A stretch of DNA of 61,903 nucleotides, filler included, from Bipalium vagum (taxonomy: Eukaryota): assembly GCA_037834085.1 (NCBI GenBank). It is 3 parts of 3 records of this genome, joined end to end, with 100 filler letters (N's around TTAATTAATTAA, not from the genome) between each part and the next. Parts side by side here need not be neighbours in the genome. Positions count along the whole stretch, not along the records: positions 1 to 16,926 come from JBBMKC010085951.1; 2 more parts are not named here. One strand, given 5' to 3'. A program made the translations under genes and the position numbers. Numbering within the stretch: the first letter of the stretch is position 1; each line of letters opens with the position of its first letter. Positions 1-12,341 of this stretch are shown here, one piece after another. The notes beneath the pieces were generated by a model. It saw only the letters and a program-made list of their open reading frames with translations. It made no database searches and had not been told where the DNA came from.

Positions 1-129
1 AACGCAACCTTCAACCGTTGAGACCTGAGAGACATTTAAGCTCCGACCTTTAACATCCTTTTGTCCATCATTCTCTAGGATCTTAACAATAGTAAATAGA
101 TGAATTATTTTATAAGGAAGTCTTTCATG

Positions 130-500
130 ATATTTCCTAAAGAATATGTGTGCTTATACAATTTATTGGCATACTGAGAATTAAAGTTCTTTTTAGAATT
201 TGATAATCAATCAAAAATAAATTTTTTTCCCATGAAACTTGGTAATACAGCCTTTTCACGATAGACTAATAAGCAACATTCAAAAGTACATACCCTATGA
301 TATTTTATTATTCCAAAAAAAATTAACAGACATAATAAACGTTTAATTGAAAATTGATCAAAACATACCAGAAACAGTTTTAACATACTCTAACGTGCAG
401 TGCTATCACAAAGATTTATGAAGAAATCTTTTTCTAGAGAATTCTTTTAGTGAAAATTTGGCATTATCGATTTCCACTTCAATTCCATCCCATTCCTGGG
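130..500 (-). pseudogene. Possible Merlin/ISXO2-type transposase core remnant
   Basis: ORF 406-600(-) contains GIEVEIDNAKF, resembling the ISXO2/Merlin first catalytic motif GxxVEIDESKF; weak downstream VSGMF similarity; heavily decayed. Confidence 0.3.
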
Positions 501-1039
501 AACGGGAAATTGAATAGGATGTGACACATTGAAATAAAATAAGGCCAAAGCAGCCATCATTAGTGGAATTATGTTTTAAAGACCAATGAAGCGTTGTCAC
601 TAAGTAGATTTATTCCTCCTCTTATCGCCAGATTAAAGCAAATAAAATTATGTCATCAGATTTTCCAGCAGATAGATTGATTTATTGTTATCATTATATT
701 ATTTTATTCATTTACATATTTTTGTCCAAAAATGTCTGGTTTTAATTGAAAAAATTATCAAAAGAAAATGAAATATTTTCAAAATCAATGAATTTTAAAT
801 AGGAAAGATTTTTTCCTTTCATATGCTTGATAAAGAATACAGGGATAAATAAAATGATATTTTTAGAAATATAAAATTTCGTTCCTTATTAATATATTTC
901 TTTTGACTTTCATTAATTTAGTAATAATATTTTAATTTTACCTTGTGTTCTAGATAAATTTGACATAATAAAAAGGAGATTGTTTTCCAATATTTATTAT
1001 AGTTGCATAAATATTGGAAGACCCTGGGATCCAAATTGC

Positions 1040-1350
1040 CTTTGTCTCGGCAATTGCATGTTTCATCAGCAACTTTGAAGCTTGCACTAAAAATGATTTT
1101 CGCTACTATTCATAGAAAAATCCCAGTCAACCCGTCTACTAAAGGCGAGAAATCTTTTGAGCAAATTGAAACATCCTGCTGAAGCACAACCAATCTGGTT
1201 TTTCGGATAATAAAATTTTTTACCAGGACCAAAAGCACAAAACACAGAACAATAGATGGCCAGAGGATACTCTTCCAATTATGCAGATTAAATTTCCCCA
1301 AACCGTCATGGTTTTCAGATTTCTCCCCTGTGATGTTTCATCATTTTTTT
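1040..1350 (+). mobile_element. Tc1/mariner superfamily DD37D(maT)-like transposase remnant
   Basis: Hand translation with one frameshift: LLSKLKHPAEAQPIWF/SDNKIFYQDQKHKTQNNRWPEDTLPIMQIKFPQTVMVF, matching the WFFSDEKxFxQDQxxNxQNNRW...VMVFG pattern. Confidence 0.7.
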
Positions 1351-1801
1351 AAAGAGGGTCTCAAGAGAAGTGATGAAGTGAGCTCTATCAGCCATTCTCA
1401 CTCTACTACAACATTAGATCATTTATGTACTCCTATTTTTATATAACCATATTTTTTATATCCTTATTAACTCAATTATCCATTAATCAGTGTTTTCGTA
1501 GAAAATGGATCAAAAATGGTATTGTGAATTTTGTAAAAAATATATCTCTAAAAACGATTAAAATCATCATAAAATTCAATAAAACATGAAAAGATAAACA
1601 ATAAAACAACAACGACAAAACAATAAAATTATTAAAAAGTAAAACAGAAGAGTAACAAAATAAATAAAATATTCAGGAAATTCAAAAAAATCCGTTTTAT
1701 TACAAAAACCAAGAAAAAATTGGTCTATAGCCTACGACTCCAAGAAATTCTGGGGTGCTTTACAATCAGCAATTACAAATGCTACATTTTTAATTAAATT
1801 T

Positions 1802-1985
1802 TTAACAGGAAAATATCCTGGAGAATTACATTTTAGATTCTTAAATGATTTTAATAAAAACAAATGTAACGTACGAATTTATGTGGTCTGTGTGATAAGC
1901 GTGTAGAACATTCTGAAGAATTAAAACATGAAAATAGAAAACAGTTAGCAAATGAACTTTATAAAGAATTTTAAAAACCAAAATA
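1802..1985 (+). pseudogene. Polinton/adintovirus PLA2X-like plus integrase N-terminus remnant
   Basis: Reads LTGKYPGELHFRF... then after a frameshift NLCGLCDKRVE...RKQLANELYKEF*KPK. These resemble the PLA2X start (PGELH...CGPGT.LDKR) and the LANELHK motif at the start of Polinton integrases; the middle is deleted. Confidence 0.5.
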
Positions 1986-2049
1986 TAGTATTATAACATC
2001 ATTTTTTTAATTTTTAAACCAAAATTTTTATTTATAACCTTTTTTAAAA

Positions 2050-2830
2050 TAAAAATATTTGGTATACATATTTTTTTGTAAAACAAATGCATACTCAGGA
2101 TTATATCTATTTTGAAAATTTGTTAATAAAGTATCATTTATTTTTATTTTTCAGAACAAAATGGAAAATACTTTGTTAAATTATGTAATTCTTTTGGATA
2201 TTCTCAATTAAATTCTTAAATAAAACTAATTTTATCGTAAGTTGTTTTATCATAATTCAAATTTTTAAATTTTAAAAAACTTTCTCCAGTGAGTAATGAA
2301 ATAGTGATACATGATGAATATAATGCTTTCGCATCATGATATTTTAAATTTCGTTCTCTAAAAAAATTTGGTAAATTAAAGGATTCCTTTAAATGAATCT
2401 TTTCTTTTTTAATTTATCTATCAGGAAAGGAAACTCAGTATCAATTAAATTAAATTCATTAATATATCTCATATAATAATTTAATATATTTGAATGTTTT
2501 CAGGTTGTTGAAGTTCTGCAATTATTGAATATAAATAACCTCTATTATCATTTTTAAAATATTTACTACATAAGGAAATCTTATATGTAATTTCTATAAC
2601 TTGAACCAACTAATTATTGATATTCAATAAAATCAACTCTAATTTCTTTAATATAATACAACATCCAATCAAAACTAGTAAATTATTTTTCTTTTATATA
2701 TTTATTTAATCTTGAAAATATATATTCAGATTTATTTTCACTTTTATTGTAATCTAATATTTTATAATTATTAGAATAACGATTATTATCTAAAATTTTA
2801 TCATCTCTTTTATATTCCTTATCTTAGTTT
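2050..2830 (-). pseudogene. Degenerate protein-primed DNA polymerase B (Polinton, EYPKELH-type lineage)
   Basis: Minus strand: motif A-like YHDAKALYSSCITISLLTGE (~2283-2342; consensus YLDANNLYxxxMxxxLPTGEF) and EYPKELHNLTKYFPFCSEK (~2148-2204; consensus EYPKELHDLHNDYPLAPE); many stops and frameshifts. Confidence 0.75.
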
Positions 2831-4062
2831 GCACTAAAAATTGAATCAAAACAATCACAATAAACGTTATTAAACTTAAAACAGTTTGCAATAACACCGA
2901 TCACAAAAATCACAATTGTCTGAAAAATCAATAAAGAATCAAAGATTAATCAAATCGTTGAATAAAATAAAACTTTGTAAATAATTAAATCAAGTTCAAA
3001 AACAAATCACACTAAAGATTCAAATGAATTAAATTTCAAAATCGAATAAATTAAATGCCAGAAATCAAATTAATAAAAGATAATTAAAATAAAAAAAAAT
3101 AACAATCCTCTCACCCGGAGTGACAATGGGTCCAATGATCGTTCTCTAGGGCCCGATTGTGAAATCCTGTTGCGAATGAAGCATAAATATAAGCAAGGTT
3201 TACGAACAATAATATTCTTCGTATAATTTTCTTCCTTAAATAACGTTTTCGTCGTAATTAAAACAATAAAAGATATCCTCGTGCTATTTTTCTTGGCCAA
3301 ATTTCTGGAGATATTCGTCTACGTATATAGTCGTATAATGACGTACTGATCGCCAATTTAGACATCTATATTCTTTAATAATTCATTAATTCTGACTTTA
3401 TCTCGACGCCAAGATAAAGTTACTTTAAATATAAAAATAATATAATTAATTGTCCTGACGGTTGGACATAATTCTTTTTCAACAATATTAATATTTTTTT
3501 GATAAATTAATATTACTTTATTAATACTTTTTAAAAGTACTCTTAATTAATAATAATATTATTATTATCAGTATTATTACTATTAACCTTAATGTTAAGT
3601 TCCTGCCTTTACAAATTTCAGAAAGATTTTTCAAAGGATTAAAATATAAAAATCATTGAAGCCTGTGGCTTTTTTACAAGGATTTGTACTTTTTTATTTA
3701 GATTGGACATATGTTTGACACGTTGGACGTGAATAGTAACCACGTAGTTTCTAGTCAGAGTTGAATAGCATTTCTATGGATTTTATAATTTTTTATGCCT
3801 CTCAATTACTATTTTGCTTTGTTTAACTTGTATTTAACAATATTCTAAATATTTTTGTATTTATAAAACATTTTTATTGATAAAAAAGCTCACATAAAAA
3901 AGAATTTAAATACCAACGTTATTTATTTTATCTTTTAGAATTTAATAAATTCTATTATTTAAAGTTTCTTTTTATTTTTTATAAGGCTTTTTATAAAATA
4001 CTTTATTTATTTAAGATTTTGTTATAATACTTTAATTTAGCAATTATATAAAATTAAGAATT

Positions 4063-4352
4063 ATGAGTTCATCCGATAATATGAATGATGTCATGCCATC
4101 ATCAAATTACTATAGAGAATACGCTCCACAATTTGCTGTGATTAATAGCGGTTCTTTAGCTGTTCCTGTCGTAGCAAGTAATTTGTGAATTTTTGAAACT
4201 TAATCTATTCAATAATAGGTTTCATAGTAATTCTGGCAGTCCTTATAGCCATTTTTCTTACAATTTATATTTGTAAGTTAAAAACTGAGAGAACAAATAA
4301 ACCAATTAGAAAAAATGAACCAAATGTAGAAAATCTATATGTGAAAGTCTAA
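4063..4352 (+). CDS. Two-exon 82-aa single-pass membrane protein, join(4063..4177,4219..4352)
   Basis: ATG at 4063; 41-nt GT...AG intron at 4178-4218; spliced product MSSSDNMNDVMPSSNYYREYAPQFAVINSGSLAVPVVASFIVILAVLIAIFLTIYICKLKTERTNKPIRKNEPNVENLYVKV*, with a long hydrophobic segment followed by a basic stop-transfer patch. Confidence 0.55.
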
Positions 4353-6216
4353 AGATGATGTCATGTATACAGAAATTTTGCAAAAACAACCTAAACATAG
4401 TGGTAAAATCTTTAAATTTGTCAATTTCTCTTCACGATTTTATTGATTTTTTATATATTTGCATTTTTCATTCAAATCATAAACTCACGTGGTCTTTGTT
4501 CAGCCATTGAATAACAAATTCAAACATGTAAATAAATATTTGTTCAACGCAATAATCTAAACAGATGTCTGGGGGTCAGTCTTGATTTACGTTGTATGTA
4601 CTGATTTAATTTTTCATTATTGATTTTATGTGTAAAAGTTGTTCGGATTGATGACTTCAAAAATATTTATTCTGTAAAGGAACGAGTTTTATTGATTTTT
4701 TTTCTATTATTTTTATTCATTTACCAAATTTTGAAATTTGTTTCAAATATTATTTCCAGATTTTGCGAATATTGGCTTGCTTCTTATTTTATTTTTTAAT
4801 CTTGGATGGCTGAATTAGTTTAAAATTAACTATATGTATTTCATCTGGCTAATCTGATGTGGCTCGTTAAATTATTAATTAATAAGTATCATGTTTACAT
4901 TAATGATTTTTTTATTTTTCTATTTAATAATAATAAAATTTTCCGAGTAATTTGTTTCAAAATTGAATTTTTTTAAAAAAAAATATCAGCTTTCGAATTG
5001 AACCAAATTTAAATAAACTGTTCATGATTGTACAATATTATTAATTATAATTAATAAATGACAACCTGATAAATAGCTAAAATAATCTAAGAAAGGATTA
5101 GTTGTACTTATAATAAATGAAGAATTCCTATATTTTCTGTGATAATTAGAAAATTAGTTTAAAAATTCTTGAATCTTTTCTTTTCGACGTCTACTTCTTT
5201 TATTAATAACCAATATTTATAACTTAGATGGCCGGTCCAATGTTTGATAGTAAATTTTTATCATTTAATCTTACTTCAAAATTAAATTGCATTCGTTTAT
5301 TTTTGCCAAATATATTCCAATTTTGGTATCCTTTACATTATCATTCATGTTTCATATATGGTTCCCATAATATGTTCCCATAATACTTCTATTTTAATGT
5401 CATTTTCTGATGTCCAATGCATCTTCCATATCGTTCTAATATTCTATTATATTGATTTCCGAACTTAGAATTTATTCTTCGCTTCGCCAATTTCACTAAT
5501 GTTTTCATCATTATTTCTTTTCTTTTATAATAGTCATGATATATTTTGTATATATTGTTCTCTCAATATGTTCCAATTAACTGCTATTCAAATTATATCT
5601 TACTCTGATTTCGTTTTTACATAATTTCATCTTTCCATACTACCATATGTTTCCAAAATCTGCTATCGTCTCGTTCTTCATCGGTATATAAATGTTTTAA
5701 ATAAGGATACCTAGTGAATTTTCATGTAAATATTTTTAGTGCGTGGGGTCAAATTTTCATGATTCGATTGTGCTAATCATTCAGGATTTCATAATTCGTT
5801 ATCTGTTCAAAATATATTTTTCAATTGTTATTATCTGTGATTTTGTATGTTTCTATCGGTTTTTTGAATTTCATTATTGATTCTCTTAATTTTCATTATT
5901 ATTTCCAAATTCTTGCTGTTTGGATATATTTTAAAACTTATTTCTTGTGTTCTTCATTTATAAATTTAGTGATATCTCAAGAAAATTCTTGAGATTTATA
6001 CTTCATTTCATCTTCTTGACATTTCATTTGCTTTCTTTTTATCCAAAAGATCTGCCTTTGACATTGATTGTACCTTTTAATTAGTTTTTCATTATAACAA
6101 TTTTGGGCGATTTTGTAGATTTGAACTTTTTATTATTTGAAGTTTGTTTGAATAATATTTTTGCAATTTCTAAAATTAATTTTATTTATTTCCATTTTTC
6201 AATAGAAATTATCATT

Positions 6217-6595
6217 ATGGCTGGTCGACCACGATCACCTGAAAACATTGTCGGAATTGTTCATCCCGCTCTAGATTTGTGTGCTCTAAATATAAATCAC
6301 AGAGATCTGGTTCTTGTCACGTCAGACAATCTATCCACAATAAAATGGTGCGCATCTTACGGCCTTATTGCAAATTCGATGCAGTGTTCCCCTTGTCAAA
6401 TACCAATGTCATTTCAATCTCGAAATGGAGAAAGATTTGTAGACAATTATTGTTGGGCATGCAGAGAATGTAAATCTCATCGAAATATCCGCTTTAATTC
6501 GTTTTTCGAAGGAAGCCACTTACAAATTTGCCAGATAGTGAATGTTATTTATTATTGGTCCATTCAGGTCAAACAATCGGATGCTCAAAAATGGT
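6217..6595 (+). mobile_element. Merlin (IS1016/ISXO2-like) DNA transposase, N-terminal part, truncated
   Basis: ORF 6103-6762 from M at 6217: WCASYGLIANSMQCSPC...YCWACRECKSHRNIRFNSFFEGSHLQICQIVNVIYYWS, the Zn-ribbon/SFF/LIYxW pattern of Merlin transposases; similarity is lost after ~6595 and there is no DDE core. Confidence 0.8.
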
Positions 6596-8209
6596 CAATT
6601 CAATTTTTTCCTTTTTTCTTTGCATTGTCACCGTCTCTCTGTCGTTTTGTTTCTCTTCTTTTATTTTTGGTTCACTATGATTCTGGTTCTCGGTTTATTT
6701 CTTGCTGTGGAGAATCTGGTAGTTGCTTACATACTTTCCAGTTTTCCTCCATCGACCAATGACTAATCGTCCACACAAAAACCCATAGCTATCGGTTATC
6801 CAACTTAACCAGACGTTAGTTGTCTACAGTGAATAATTGATTCTGCAGCAGCTCTTAATACCAAGTCCACAAGCTCTATCTTTGCTTGGCCAATACGCTC
6901 CCCTTTTCCATTACGATAATGACAATCCGACAGCTTTAATTATAATTATTCAGCTCGGCCCAAATGTTTTCGTCCTAGCTGAATAATTAAATAAATTGGG
7001 TTTTCTAATCATGCCTAAAAAATTTTCAATGAAAAATAGATGCTAAATTTTTATATGGAGAAGTGTTAATTATAATTTACCTATTTTTCATTTGTTATAA
7101 TTTTTATTATTATTATCACATTAATATTAAGTTCCTAAAAGTCAAAAAATATATTGAGCTGTTGGTTTTATTATTTAGAAATCTCCAAAATAATGAGTTA
7201 AGTCTACAAAGTGTATTTTGAATAAAAAAAATTTTACAATTAGTATTATCATCCACATAGATTTTTATAAACTTATTTTGGATTTTATTTTTTATTAAAA
7301 ATCCACTCTGTCTTAGACTCAGAGGTTCTCGGCTAGGGAAAAGCAATTTATTTTACCGCCATATGTAACGTGTGAAATAAGAACAATAAAAGAAAAAGAT
7401 GGAAGGAACGAAAATTATAAAATTATTTGATCCTCAAGTCTGGCCTGAGTATTTATTTAATTATAATTAACTTTGTTTTGCCTACAAAAAGTTTATTTTA
7501 AAAATATATGAAAAGATATCAATATGCAATATATGTAGATTTATTAATCGATGGGGATCTTTGTTTTAAATATTAAAGTTTTAAAAAATAAAGTTTCAAT
7601 AAAACTAAGATTTTTCTGTCAGGTTTCTTTTTGTTAATGTATTGCTTTGATTAAGATCTGATCAATTATATGTATCCTGGATATTAATTATATTCGGTTA
7701 CTGTAGGTTGAATTGAATTAAAATCTCAGATACGTTTGACGTGGGTCTTAGCTGGTTTTGTCTCGCAATTTAATGTAACCTCTTTCACTAGTTTTGACTT
7801 GATTAAAATATTTTTATTTTTGAAATGATATTGTTATTTATATATAATCTCTGTATTGATACTGGTCTTTAATAAAGTATAATTATTTTGCTTTTCTCTT
7901 GTTTTTGAAATTCTGAATTTTCTTGTATATTAATTACTCTTATGTCTTCTGTAAATGGTAATCACTGCTTTGTAATTTAATTTCTTTCCTTAGTATTTTT
8001 ATAAATCTTTCGTACTTCTTTTCTTGATTGATTTTAAGAAAAATCTATGATTTTTTTGTTGGCTAAAAATCACTTACAAAAAAGTTAGTCCTGAATTCGT
8101 AGTTCTTGCCAAATTGAAGGGAATAGCCGTCTCTTTATAAAGTCTCAGGGATTGCTCTACGATTACCAATCCTTACGATTAGACGACTATTTTCCCTAAT
8201 AGCCATAAA

Positions 8210-8243
8210 TCAAACTCTATCTCCACTCCGAGATAGAGTTCGA
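8210..8243. repeat. Inverted repeat / hairpin (14-bp stem with one mismatch, 6-nt loop)
   Basis: tcaaactctatctc-cactcc-gagatagagttcga; the inner 11 bp are perfectly complementary. Confidence 0.8.
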
Positions 8244-8829
8244 TCATACTAATGGAATCGAAAACGGCTTACAAAAAATCCATTAGCCTAATATATCAAA
8301 ATCCACACGACGAGGTTTTGACATATGGCTTTTGGAAAAAAATAATTTTTTTAAAAATTTTTATTTATAATTATTATTAATTCAAAAATCCAACACTTCT
8401 ATAAAGTAAATCACCAATAAAAAATGAGTAAACGTTAGACTAAGTCAGAAAATATTGAACACACCTACTGACAAAAAGACAGGCACAATCTTGATTTTCC
8501 GACGAATATCCAATCAAATGATCACCAATTATTTTTCACACAAACCGATACGCACTGACGCAAGACACACTCGTTCCTGTCCCAAACAGATCCGTCCAGC
8601 TGACACTCTCAGTCGCAGCACCAATACACGTAAAACTCAACAATATAAATAAATATCCACGTGATTTCAGTCAAATTCAACATTTAAAATCCTAAAGATT
8701 ATCCTTTAGCTTTTCTAGAGAAAGACTTAGTAATAGTGCAGGTAAAAATAAAAGATAAAGAATTGTATGATTCCTAACGTAAAACTGATTTTTTTAATCC
8801 AGTTAAATAATATAAAATTATTCTAGTGA

Positions 8830-9330
8830 TGGAAATAAATCCTTCTAGTCTATTTATTAGTATTCATTCCGAATTTCACAGTTCTCCTGGTATATATAGG
8901 ATTATATCAGAATAATTTTGCTTTGCGGACACATTCACTTCTTTTCCAGGACATTTCTATCCGGCATTTGTCACTAAACATGGCGTCATTCCAAAAAGAA
9001 TATACGGTTTGCCATAAAGTATCCACTACTTTAGGCGATTCCTGATATTTCGATCATTTAATAAAGAACAATACGTACTTTCTCTAATACGTTTCACAGT
9101 ACTAATTATCAAGCAGCAGCTGACGTGTTGTTTTCTTGGATTTCTCTTTGAATTATGAATAGGGAATCTTTCTGATCTGTGAATTATTTTTCTAATTACG
9201 ATTACTATAATATATTTCCCAATGTATTTTGTTGCTTAAACTTGAACACAATACATTCTACACCATGTCATGAAATATTAAGTTGAATTGAAACATTCCT
9301 CTGAGACCATTATACAATTTATTTGAAAAA
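8830..9330 (-). mobile_element. Tc1-like transposase remnant
   Basis: Minus strand: KRNPRK...; LLNDRNIRNRLK; FWNDAMFSDKCRIEMSWKRSECVRK...YNPIYTRRTVKFG (Tc1 FSDE...RYTxxTVKFGG pattern). Confidence 0.7.
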
Positions 9331-9689
9331 TAGTTTATGCTCAATTTGATAAAAAATTGACAATTCGAAAACACACGGATCAAAACTTTGATTGTATATT
9401 TAAACAACTGATAATTTAAAAATCTTTGGTTAGTAAAGCAACGTTATATCAACACAAAGAGAATAGGTTCACTTCACCTTTTGTAACTATAATATGTATC
9501 GCTTTCAAAGTATAAACATTGTGCGTGGTGATAAAAAAAATTGTGGTCCTGCAACCGTTTTAGATTCTGATTTATTTTTAATTGATTGCAAATTTTTATT
9601 AAGTAATGAGACAAATATACTTGCATTTTTATATTTTATTTATTTATATTAATATATATTTTTATTCCGTAATACAAAAATCACTCTTT

Positions 9690-10200
9690 TGAAAAATATG
9701 ACCACACATAGTGTACCACTTTTTGACGACGGAACGAGTATGTGTGCCGTGTTCAGTTAACGTAAGAAATAGAACGAAGAAATAGATGAAATCGATGGGT
9801 GTAACAAATTTTAAATTGAGCCTCAACTTGAATGATATAACTGTTTCTCAATCCATAATTGCCGAAGCTTAACAACTTTCTGAAGTGAATTTAGATATTT
9901 CTGGTGCAAGAATTTGGTTTAATTCTTCTATATGACTGGCCAGATGATAAGCCGATGCACCAACACATTGATAATTTTGTTTATCAATTTTGCGATCTGG
10001 ACTGCTCAATGACACAAGATACAGGTAATAGTCTATAATTTCTACAGTAAGAGCCAATACTCCAGGTTTGGACGATATAAAGATTGAGTACGCTTTATAA
10101 CCATTTAATCATAATTGAGCGCATATTTACAATATCCTGATAACTGTTGGATTCAGGAAGTCCTACCCAATTCTCATAATTACTAACTTTTAATAAATTT
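9690..10200 (-). pseudogene. Intronless cyclin-box (Cyclin_N) pseudogene
   Basis: Minus strand: NMRSIMIKWL*SV (ATG 10124) / frameshift / VLALTVEIIDYYL...IDKQNYQCVGASAYHLASHIEE...AIMD*ETVISFKLRLNLKFVTPIDFI. This parallels the cyclin A/B box MRxILxDWL...LAVxxxDRYL...LQLVGxxALxIASKxEE...ExxILxxLxFxLxxPTPxxFL. Confidence 0.75.
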
Positions 10201-10231
10201 TTCAAGACTTCAGTGTTTTTGTTGTAGTGTA

Positions 10232-11784
10232 GGCTGAAGTAGATATTAAAGAAACTGGAAATAATATTGATGATTTAAAACAATTTGATATTTTCTTACA
10301 AGCAAGAATTAGAGTTTATTCTCATAATAATAATAATCAAGCTGATTCTATTTTATACAGAGAAAATGAAAAATTTGAAAAACAAACTTTTATTTATTAT
10401 GATCAAGAAAATCATCATTTTATTTCAATTTCAATAAAGCAGCTTTTTACAATCATTAAAATATTGTAATAAATGTTTAATAAGATTTCAAAATCAGTAT
10501 ACATGTAAAATAGATAATAGTAAATCATATAGTTATAATAAAAAAGAATATTTTAATTTATATCAACATAAGTATGGTTATAAGAATTGCTTAATTTGTC
10601 ATGAACAATACAAATGTCCATTCAATAATCACAAATGTTATTTAAAATATAATTCAGGAACATTTAAACAAAGTAATAAATATATATTTTTTGATTTTGA
10701 AGCAACACAAGAAACAGTTGGTTATCATGAAATAAATTACGGAATTGCTTTTGATAATGAAAGAAATATATTCTATAAAATTCAAAATACTTCAAATACA
10801 TTTTTAAAATTTTTATTACTGAAAATTTATCAATTGAAAATACTTTAGATAATATATAATTTTTAGAAGAAATAATAATTGAAGACTCAATTTCTTTAAT
10901 TGATACTTTTTGTATATTCTTTATTTGTAAAGATTTTGAAAAATATACTTTTATAGCACATTATGAAAAATTATATAACTATCCAATATTAGGTTGGTTA
11001 ATTCAAAATAAACTACCAGTTGAAAAAATTAGCTCAGGAAGAAAATCACATTCATGCAAATAAAACATTTTTATATAAGATTGGTAGATTCGATTTTACT
11101 TTACATTAAAAGCTTTTCCAGAAACATTTGGTTTTAAAGGTTCCAAAGGATATTTCCAACATTATTTCAATACAACAAAATATTAAAATTACATTGGTAA
11201 ATATCCAGATTTAAAATGTTATTTATAGATATATGAGCGATAATAATAAAGAAAAAAGTTTATTAAAACAATGGCATGATGAAAAAATAAAAAAGAATGA
11301 AGTTTTTAGTTTTCAAATACAAATGTTTTATTATTGTTTAACAGATGTTATGATCTTAACTAAAGGTTGTTTAATTTTTAGAGATTTATTTTTAAATATA
11401 AATATATCAGAAACCCAAAAATTAGAACGATGTTTTTTTTAAAAAGCTTTTAAAGAGCCAAAAGAATCATTTTGTAGAGGAAGAACTAAACCTATAAATA
11501 AAAAACAAAAGGTTTTGTAAAAAATAATATTAATTCAGATAAACTAACTTTTGAAAAAATAGGAATTTAGTATTAAATAATCCTAATAATCCGTTTAATA
11601 AAAATAAGGAAGAAAATTATGAAATAGTAGAAGGTATAAAATTTAAATTTACAGGAAATAGTTTTAATAATTTTAATAGGATAAAAAAATAGGTGAAATA
11701 AAAATGTATGATTTTGATTTTAAGAAAAGACAGATCAAATATTTAGACAATGGTAATGTAATAACTTATCCATATGGATATTAA
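10232..11784 (+). pseudogene. Protein-primed DNA polymerase B (FPHxFNT-type lineage), frameshifted, palm deleted
   Basis: N-terminal IDDLKQFDIFLQARIRVY...FIYYDQENHHF; Cys-rich segment; ExoI YIFFDFEATQE (10681); FIAHY; IRLVDS; LKAFPETFGFKGSKGYFQHYFNTTKY*NYIGKYP; ExoIII YCLTDVMILTKGCLIFRDLF; PKESFCRGRT; C-terminus FKKRQ...TYPYGY* (stop 11782-11784). Confidence 0.9.
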
Positions 11785-11875
11785 AATTTTATTCTTTAGA
11801 AAAAAATTGTTAGCTAGAGTTGAAGGTTTTTTTCCCAACAATAATCTTTCGCAATCTCAAAATGAAATTTAAAAA

Positions 11876-12055
11876 ATGATGTTCTTTTCTTTTTGTCGTT
11901 TTTATCATGATAGATTTTTGGATTATGATTCGAAAGGTGTAGCTGAAGAATTTAATTTATCTTATAGAGAGCTGATGAGACAATTAAATTTGAATGAAAT
12001 AATGATGTATACTGAATATTTATATGAGGATGATTTATTTATTGAACATGAATAA
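11876..12055 (+). CDS. Small acidic ORF (59 aa) of the Polinton, unknown function
   Basis: MMFFSFCRFYHDRFLDYDSKGVAEEFNLSYRELMRQLNLNEIMMYTEYLYEDDYFIEHE*, preceded by TTTAAAAAATG like neighbouring genes. Confidence 0.35.
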   Translation: MMFFSFCRFYHDRFLDYDSKGVAEEFNLSYRELMRQLNLNEIMMYTEYLYEDDLFIEHE

Positions 12056-12341
12056 AAGAATTTTAAAAATTAAAATTTTATTTTAAAAAATGAATCGATA
12101 TAAGATTTTAAAAACAAATACATTACTAGAGTTTTTATGTAAATATGGAATAACTCAACTAAAAATTTTGATGTAATTGATATTGCTGAAGAATTAGAAA
12201 TGCTCTTAAAAGTTTTAACGAAAGATGAAGTAACAGAATAAAGAGTTAAGTCAGAAATTCCATTAATTATTAATTATAAAAATACAAATCAAAATCGAAT
12301 TTATTATGTTGAATATTACAAAAATTTTTACCTAACAAAAC

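Noticed and set aside
5200-6060. Minus-strand fragments resembling LTR-retrotransposon gag/protease (ETIADF; IFGKINE)
   Set aside because: Too many stops and no diagnostic CCHC or DTG motif; cannot support a call.
6596-6762. Hydrophobic C-terminal part of ORF 6103-6762
   Set aside because: Read-through into unrelated T-rich sequence after the Merlin truncation; unlikely to be a real fusion protein.
7300-7455. LFDPQVWPE, like the end of a LINE ORF1
   Set aside because: Single short motif with no endonuclease or reverse transcriptase following.
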